Below, in pieces: positions 53,764-61,589 of a stretch of 64,000 nt of DNA. Position numbers and translations under genes: made by a program. Positions within the stretch are counted from its first letter, which is position 1; each line of letters starts with the position of its first letter. The stretch lies in NCBI GenBank assembly GCA_023231475.1, contig JALJEE010002021.1, positions 1 through 64,000 on the forward strand, given 5' to 3'. The notes beneath the pieces were generated by a model. It ran no database searches. It had not been told where the DNA came from and worked only from the letters and a program-made list of their open reading frames with translations. This DNA comes from Seison nebaliae. Its lineage: Eukaryota.

Positions 53764-56321
53764 ATGACCAAATGTATCTTTTCTTCATTCGATAAGAGAA
53801 AGTTGACGGATGGCGGATTCAAAAGGTGTAAGCAGATTCATGAGACATATGACGAATCACCGTGGGACTCAGTGAGGAATGGCGAATGTGAGAAATTAAG
53901 ACAGTCAGGTCAATTACATTATTGCAAAACGAAATATTTACGATTATTAACATGCTTCCCACCATCACCTGTCAATCAAACGGTTATTATGCCATGTCCA
54001 TCCAAAGTTCTCAATATCGTCCTCAATCCAAACGCCAACGTTTCCATGCGTTGTTCCTGGAATGCCACCGGCAATTTTTCTTATTGGGATAAATCGACAT
54101 TGGAACATGATTGTCTCCAAAAAACTACGAATACTTCAAGAAACGATCAATTTCGAACGTTTCAATTGACCATCGATATCATTTATGGAATTTGTCATAT
54201 AATATCGATTATAACTCTATTAATTGGAATCATCATATTTACCAGATACAGGAAATTGAAATGTTTGAGAAATCGTCTCCATATCAATTTCTTTTACTTG
54301 TTATTACTCACTTGTATAATGCATTGGGTTGAACGATTCTCCAAATTGAAAATTTTCCAAAATATTTTCCATTTAATGAAATTGTCGAATGGAAACCAAA
54401 TGACGAAATGGCAAAGTTTTACCAATTACAATACAGTTCGTAATTTACTTTGTTGACGAAGGGAAGAAATACCTAATCGAATTCCCTTTAGGTATTTTTA
54501 TTAATAATCGAATTTCTCGAAATGTACGTCGATCTAGCCAAGTTCGTTTGGATGGTTTGTGAATGTCTCTATCTCGTTTGTTCGACGGTCGTTCCATTTA
54601 CGGTGGAGGCGCAATATTATGTCGCATATTTAGCGCTCGGATGGGGTTTTACTTCATCTAATTCTATTAAATTAATAATTTTTCAGGAATTCCATTGATC
54701 ATATCGATTATTTGGTTGATCTGCAAAATCCATTTCTCTCTACTCCACTACCAACCAGGGTTGGTTGATTTTGAAAAGAAAGAGAGTTTCATTAAATATT
54801 CTATTAACAGTTTGAATTTATGGTTATTGTTCGAACGCCCAAGAACAAACAAGAAATTTGGAAGGATTTATGACGAATTTATGTCATATGATCAAATCGT
54901 CAATGTTTCCATCATAACGATTTTATGCGTTTCGTCATTCTCTTCAAAATTCCATTAGAAATAATTGCTAATAATTTCAGATTAATCTCTTACTCTTTCT
55001 CGGAATGATCATATTCCTTATAACGAAATTACGTTCCTTCTACATCTCGCAACAAACCAATCTGGAATTTACTCATGCGAAGTTTAATTCATTCAAATTA
55101 TTTCCCTTCTCACAATTTCTCTTTTAAGGAAATTATGTAAATCTTTATTGATCGTCTTTTTATTGTTCGGAATACCTTATTTAATTCTCCTAAAAAGTAC
55201 GAATCGAGTTAATGAATTAAGCGGCAGATTATATTTATATCTTTGCGCCATCTTACAAGGTTCTCAAGGATCACTAGTTTCTATACTTCTTTGTTTTATT
55301 AGTCACGATGTTAGACCTTTTAATTTAATTAATTTGATTTTAGTTTAATTTAATTTAATAATATTTAATTTTAATTTAATTTAATTTAGTAATATTTAAT
55401 TTTAATTTAATTTAATAATATTTAATTTTAATTTAATTTAATAATATTTAATTTTAATTTAATTTAATAATATTTAATTTTAATTTAATTTAATTTTTTG
55501 AATTCATGTTTAAAATTAAAATTTGAATCAATTATGGTATTTTTCAGGTCCGACAACTAATCCGTCGAAGAGTAGAAAGATTTCGATTGCAGAAAAGTAT
55601 AAAAACGAATTATTATGGAACTCGAGCTAAATATCGTCGAGAAGCAGCGCCATACATCTGGAACTTTCTCCAAAGTATCAAGAAGAAATCGTCAACTCTC
55701 ACGAAGTTCTCGTGGGAGGAAACGGGCAACAAGAAAAGTTCAACAATCAGTCAACCAACCGGTCTCATTTCAACAAAAAAGATATCGGAAAAAAGTAGTA
55801 ATGGTCATGTGTCCGTTTCATTTTCGTTCATGTTAAACAAGAAAACTGACGGTTTGATGCCACTCGTACCAACGAGAAACACAACTGATCTCACCCAGTT
55901 GCCAATGGAACAATTTGAAGAGAAACCCGAAGAGAATCCATCGAGAACCTCATCCGTCCATTTCTCACAAGCCAACGTCAATTACAATATCAATTTGAAT
56001 CAAGTCGTGATTAATGATCATTCCGTGTCTATTATTAATCCACGATTCAAAATCGTCAACAATTACAATAATACTCATTTTGATGTACCGAAGAAAAAAT
56101 CGAAGAAACGTCATTGTTTCATTCGTGTTCCTCATGCCGAATTCGAGACCGATCTCGACGATCATCAATTTAACAATAAGAGAATTGACTCAACAAAATT
56201 GAAGTCGAAAATAATTTTATTTCCTGGACACTCAACCGAAACCGATGATGATTATGTAAGTATAATAAATGATGAGTCCTACTCATCGGTCATCAATTTT
56301 CAAGAATATAATAATAAATAA
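53764..56321 (+). CDS. Divergent class B (secretin-family) GPCR, CRF/DH44-receptor-like, 6-7 exons
   Basis: Cys-patterned hormone-binding ectodomain; RKLKCLRNRLH, WMVCECLYL, LGWGIP, TKLR, LLFGIPY and QGSLVSILLCF motifs. Introns 54436-54491, 54646-54686, (54760-54810), 54929-54980, 55082-55128, 55310-55547. Confidence 0.88.
55344..55493. repeat. AT-rich minisatellite, 26-bp unit TAATATTTAATTTTAATTTAATTTAA, about 5 copies, in the last GPCR intron
   Basis: Units start near 55359, 55390, 55416, 55442 and 55468; they expand this intron to 238 nt. Confidence 0.9.
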
Positions 56322-56444
56322 AATTTTCTTATTCTTCATTAAATTATTTCATTCTAAACTCACATTCTTCACATATTGATAATTTTCTAAATTTTATTAA
56401 ACTTTTCATATTCATCTAATTTATTTTAACGAATTATTTACATT

Positions 56445-57115
56445 TTATTTATCCATATCAGAAAGAGAATTTTTTACAAATGAGATATCCGTTATTCTTA
56501 AAACAGTTCTCGGTAATTGGAATACTGGAATTCGGATTAATTATAAAGAATTTCAAACTAAAAAATCATTTAACGTTTCAACTTTCTATTCTTCTTTCTC
56601 GGTGTATAATTGAACCAATAATTGACGTGAGATAAAGTTTTCTCAATAATTTTTCCTTCCACTTTAATCAACGAACGACTATAATAATAATTGATTAGTA
56701 ATCAACAAATTTAAATTCTAACGGTAATAAAGGTTGTCCTAATAATGTAAAATCATTACATCCAACTAACAAAACTTTCTCCAATCGAATTGTGTCGTTG
56801 ACTGTTGGGAAGAAATTAACATCGATAGCAATCAAATCGTCAGTTGTCACTTTATATTGTGATCCGCTTAATTGAATAATGGCAAATAATCGTCTCTTAT
56901 CTTCTTTAATCATTTCTGATATATTCTCTATTACATTACTCTTAAATAATTAAGTTATGGGAAAATAAGGAAAAAAAATTAACCGAAATTTGATGATCAT
57001 TCTTTGAAATATATTTCTCGTTATTCTCAATCAATTGAATTCGTTTCTTCTTCAATGTTTGTTGATGAATGGATCGAACAACAGAAATTCTTGAAAGAAA
57101 TTTTCTGTGAAACAT
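56445..57115 (-). CDS. MRPL21: Mitochondrial ribosomal protein L21, 4 exons
   Basis: RLFAIIQLSGSQYKVTTDDLI, IRLEKVLLVG...TLLGQPLL and TVLRITDI; presequence-like start MFHRKFLSRISVVRSIH. Confidence 0.9.
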
Positions 57116-57374
57116 TCCTACTAGTGAAAACTAAAAAGAAAAAGTCTGAAAAGGAAATTAATGAAATAAAAAAATTGGAAATTAATGAAATTAGAAAATT
57201 TTGGAAAATTTTCAAAAATTTTTTAAGGAAATTTTCTATGAAATTTATTAGGAAAATTCAAATTTTCATTCAATAAAGAGTCTATCTAGTTTCCTCAATT
57301 AAATTAGTTTTATAATTTTATATTGAATGAAAAGAAATTGATGAATAAAATTCTTTAAAAAATTTAATTTCAAT

Positions 57375-57714
57375 TTAAATCTTCTCACAAAGAGAGAGTT
57401 CTCCAGTTCTTGTCTCCGATTTGGTTCTGCAAATATAAAATTTAATAAATTTACGATAAAAAGAAAGTAAACTCGACTCCGAAATCGGCTCCAGTAATTG
57501 ATGACAAATATTTCATGGTTTCTTTGTCATTAATTTCTTTTTGGATTCTCTTTTGTTCTAATTCATTTTTCTTTTCCAACAACATCTTCTCTCGGACGGG
57601 AGCATCATATTCTTGTAATCGCTTCAATCTCCAACTACCATATGCGACACCTGTTAACAACGCGGTCCATCTAGCTGCCTTGATGAGTGGAGATACTGCA
57701 ATTGGTGCGGACAT
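57375..57714 (-). CDS. ATP5ME: Mitochondrial ATP synthase subunit e, 2 exons (3' end uncertain)
   Basis: VSPLIKAARWTALLTGVAYG followed by a charged coiled coil; short 3' intron with acceptor TTTGCAG at 57428. Confidence 0.9.
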
Positions 57715-58179
57715 GATATTGTGAGTTAATTTTTTAAACAGAATTTTTTAATTATTCAAAACCTTACAATTTGAATTCTAAAAATTTAAAATCTAAATTA
57801 ATAAATTGATAAAAATAAAAAAATTTTCTTTTCAAATTTTCCTTCCTTCGAATCACGACATATTCTCACACCCATTATAATGTTTCCAAATAATTTAACT
57901 ATTGACCGAACGTAGTATTGAATATAAATAATTTGTGTAAACTGAAACATTCAAGGAAAGTTCTAATGTTAACTTTCTCATTTCTTCAAACTAATTTATT
58001 AAATTATCTCACTAAATTTTCTCACAAGAAATTTTCTTAATATCTTGATCGAACTTTCTTATTTACCTCAAAAAATTTTGTATTTAAATTTTTCTTTCTT
58101 AAACGAATTGACAGTTAAATTGTAATAAATTTTTTCAATTTTGATAGAGGAATTTAGCTAATTTTTATTTACAGAAAAA

Positions 58180-59241
58180 ATGACAGACACTAAAGAAATT
58201 CAGGAGGATGTTCAAAAATATTATGGCGACACTTTGAAATCATCAAAGGATTTGAGAATTGCTGGTTGTGTTATTACCGATAAATTGGGAAAGAATGATG
58301 TGGCATTATATAAATCTCTTCATGAGGAAGTTCGTGAGAAGAATTATGGATGTGGAATTGTTTATCCTCAATTCGTTGAGAATTGTAAAGTGATCGATCT
58401 CGGATCAGGAAGTGGATGTGATTGTTATATGTTGAGTAAGATGGTGGGAGAAGATGGATATGTTGCTGGTGTTGATATGACACCAGCGCAAATAGATGTT
58501 GCAAGGAAATATGTAGATTATCATACGAAATTATTTGGATTTAAGAAACCGAATACGAATTTCATTCAAGATACTATCGAGAACTTTGTGAATAATAAAG
58601 AAATTGAAAAGAATTTTTTCGATGTTGCTGTGTCGAATTGTGTCATCAATCTGGTGGCTGATAAGAAATTGGCTCTCCAAAACATTTATGATGTATTGAA
58701 TGAAGGAGGTGAATTATATTTCAGTGACATTTATGCCAATGTCAAATTACCACCATTGAAAAATACGGCGTTGTGGGGTGAATGCATTTCTGGTGCATTA
58801 TTCTGGAAGGAATTCATCGAAATGTGCGAAGATATCGGATTCACTTCGCCCCTTATAATGTCAGCATCGGATGTCCCAATCGAGGATAAGGAATTTAATG
58901 CAATTTTAGATCCTTTAGGTGCAAAATTCGTTTCAGTCACTTATCGATTATTTAAACCGAAATCATCCAGTAAATGGGAAAAAAATGGAAATTTGAAATT
59001 TATCGGCGATGGGAATTTCAAGATTGATTGCTATAATAATGTCAACAAGGGAGATACTATTAAATTGACACCGGAAATTTTTAGAATTATGGCTACATCT
59101 CGTTATACGAAACTATTCGAATGTTCTCCTTCAAACGAAGAAAATAAGAGTGATGGTAAATCATCATTACTTATTGATCCATTCGAGTTTGTCAAAGTGA
59201 ATAAATGTACTACATCCTGTTGTGGAAGTAAATGTTGTTAG
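58180..59241 (+). CDS. AS3MT: Arsenite methyltransferase, copy 1 (all four conserved Cys)
   Basis: DVQKYYG, NYGCG, IDLGSGSG, GVDMT, SNCVINL, GGELYFSD and LWGECISGAL. Probable 5'UTR intron at 58114-58174. Confidence 0.95.
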   Translation: MTDTKEIQEDVQKYYGDTLKSSKDLRIAGCVITDKLGKNDVALYKSLHEEVREKNYGCGIVYPQFVENCKVIDLGSGSGCDCYMLSKMVGEDGYVAGVDMTPAQIDVARKYVDYHTKLFGFKKPNTNFIQDTIENFVNNKEIEKNFFDVAVSNCVINLVADKKLALQNIYDVLNEGGELYFSDIYANVKLPPLKNTALWGECISGALFWKEFIEMCEDIGFTSPLIMSASDVPIEDKEFNAILDPLGAKFVSVTYRLFKPKSSSKWEKNGNLKFIGDGNFKIDCYNNVNKGDTIKLTPEIFRIMATSRYTKLFECSPSNEENKSDGKSSLLIDPFEFVKVNKCTTSCCGSKCC

Positions 59242-60336
59242 ATTTGAATAACGGAAAAGTTGAAAGTGTCGATCACTTTTTACCATAGAGTATCTATGAA
59301 ATTTATAATATTTAAATATTAATTTCCATCATATTATTCATATTATTTAAATTTTATTTTAGATTTAGTTATTATAAATATTCATCATAATTCCTTATTT
59401 ATTTAGTCCACCGAATTATATTTATAAATTCCAAACGCTTTTCAAATTTTCCAACATTGTCAAATTTAATAAATTATATAATAAAGGAACTTGAAAATAT
59501 TTGGAGTAAGTTGATAAGTTTTATGAATATCTAATTTATCATAAGTATAAACTACAGAGATAAGTGTCAACTCATTATAATTGAGAAAGTGAATAGGTCA
59601 ACAAAGATGAATGGACTCATGAAAAAATCGAGGAGATTTTTGATGGAAGGTCAAATAAGAGTTCAACGTATTAAGAACATATGAATGAAAAACTTTGAAA
59701 TTTCCAATTGTAGTCATATGGCGAAATTCTCCTTTGGACAAGAACATACGTAGGGACAATATTCGAATAATGTTAATAAATTTTAATGGAATCATACATT
59801 TCATTCTCTTCGACTTATAATTCACATTCTCTATGAATTTAAGATGAGTCTATGTTTATGAGTTTTATGTCTATATTTCTATATCGATATATATTATTTC
59901 TAGTACTTTATTATATTTTCACAATATATCACGTCAGTATAAAGTATCAGTCATTTTTATTCAAGTTGTATTTTAGTAATCATGAGAGTAATTTAATTCT
60001 TATATCCCATTTTATCACTATTGTTCGTTGATAGAAAATATTCATTCAACTTTATTGGTCATATTCAGATAATATGATATTTATTTTTTGAGTTGATTTG
60101 TAATTAAAAATGAAACGAAATTTATCTTCTTTGTAACCTGGGGACAACTATACATTATGTATCATTCCCCAATATTAATTATTATTAGGGAATATAATAG
60201 AAAATTATAATTTAAAGTAATCGAACAGTTATGAGGTTTCATAAAAATTCTATGTTATTTAATTATATTTTTAATCTATCAATTGTTTACAACTTTTTAA
60301 GATTTTTTTTAGTTTTACAGAAAAAAGTTTATTAAG

Positions 60337-61392
60337 ATGACAGACGCGAAAGGAATTCAGGAGGATGTTCAGAAGTATTATGGCGATACGTTGAAATCGT
60401 CGAAAGATTTGAGAGTTGTCACTTGTGAATTGACGAATAAATTGAGTAAAGACAATGTAGCTCTGTACAAGTCACTTCATGAAGATGTTCGTGAGAAGAA
60501 TTATGGATGTGGAATTGTTTATCCTCAATTCGTTGATAATTGTAAAATTATCGATCTCGGATCAGGAAGTGGATGTGATTGTTATATGTTGAGTAAGATG
60601 GTGGGAGAGAATGGTACCATTCTCGGTGTTGATATGATACCTGAACAGATTAGTCTCTCGAAGAAATATATAGATTTCCATACGAAATTATTCGGATTTA
60701 AGAAACCGAATACGAATTTCATTCAAGATACTATCGAGAACTTTGTGAAGAATAAAGATATTGGGAAAAATTTTTTCGATGTTGCCGTATCGAATTGTGT
60801 CATCAATCTGGTGGCTGATAAGAAATTGGCTCTCCAAAATATTTTCAGTGTTTTAAATGAAGGTGGTGAATTCTACTTCAGTGACATGTACGCCAATATC
60901 AATTTACCAAAATTCGATAATCCTATTATGTGGGGTGAAGGTATTTCCGGCGCTCTTTATTGGAAGAAATTTATTGAGATTGCAGAAGAAATCGGATTTA
61001 CAACACCTCTAATGATGAGTGCCGCACCAATTCCCGTGGAAGACGAAGAATTTAAAAAGATTTTAGACCCGATTGGCGCCAAATATGTCGCCATAACATA
61101 TCGTTTGTTTAAACCGAAAAAAATTGGGACGAAATTAGAGAAAAATAAAAATTTGAAATATATTGGAGATGGATCTCTGAAAATTGATTGTTATAATACA
61201 GTCAAGAAAAATCAAATTATCAAACCACTTCCTGAACTCTATGAAATTTTAAACGGTTCACGATACGCCAAATTTTTTGAGAATTCTGAAAATTCGGAAA
61301 TTGATCAAACGATCGTCAGGACCTCATTGATGGTGGACCCATTCGAATTTATTAAAGTTAATGAAAGTAAACCAGCGTGTTGTTCTAAATAA
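60337..61392 (+). CDS. AS3MT: Arsenite methyltransferase, tandem copy 2 (Cys202->Gly)
   Basis: Co-linear paralog with the same motifs but MWGEGISGAL. Probable 5'UTR intron at 60228-60320. Confidence 0.93.
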   Translation: MTDAKGIQEDVQKYYGDTLKSSKDLRVVTCELTNKLSKDNVALYKSLHEDVREKNYGCGIVYPQFVDNCKIIDLGSGSGCDCYMLSKMVGENGTILGVDMIPEQISLSKKYIDFHTKLFGFKKPNTNFIQDTIENFVKNKDIGKNFFDVAVSNCVINLVADKKLALQNIFSVLNEGGEFYFSDMYANINLPKFDNPIMWGEGISGALYWKKFIEIAEEIGFTTPLMMSAAPIPVEDEEFKKILDPIGAKYVAITYRLFKPKKIGTKLEKNKNLKYIGDGSLKIDCYNTVKKNQIIKPLPELYEILNGSRYAKFFENSENSEIDQTIVRTSLMVDPFEFIKVNESKPACCSK

Positions 61393-61589
61393 GAAAATTC
61401 TGGAAATTTTTTATTCTTATTTTATATGAATTTTGTAGTCGATTTTAATATTCATTTGATCTTGAATAAATTTTTTTTGATTTAGTTAGCTAAAATTTAT
61501 TGTTAATTTTAATAAGAAATTCACATAATATATAAAAAATGTCATTAGAAGTTCTATAAAATTTGGGATGGAGACTGTTTAAATGTTTA

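Noticed and set aside
55344..55493. Regular repeat array considered as CRISPR
   Set aside because: Head-to-tail AT-rich units without unique spacers, inside a eukaryotic intron.
58180..61392. Horizontal transfer of bacterial arsM suggested by intronless coding regions
   Set aside because: Length and motifs (DVQKYYG...LKSSKDL, C-terminal domain) fit animal AS3MT, both copies have probable 5'UTR introns, and many native genes here are intronless. A phylogeny would settle it.
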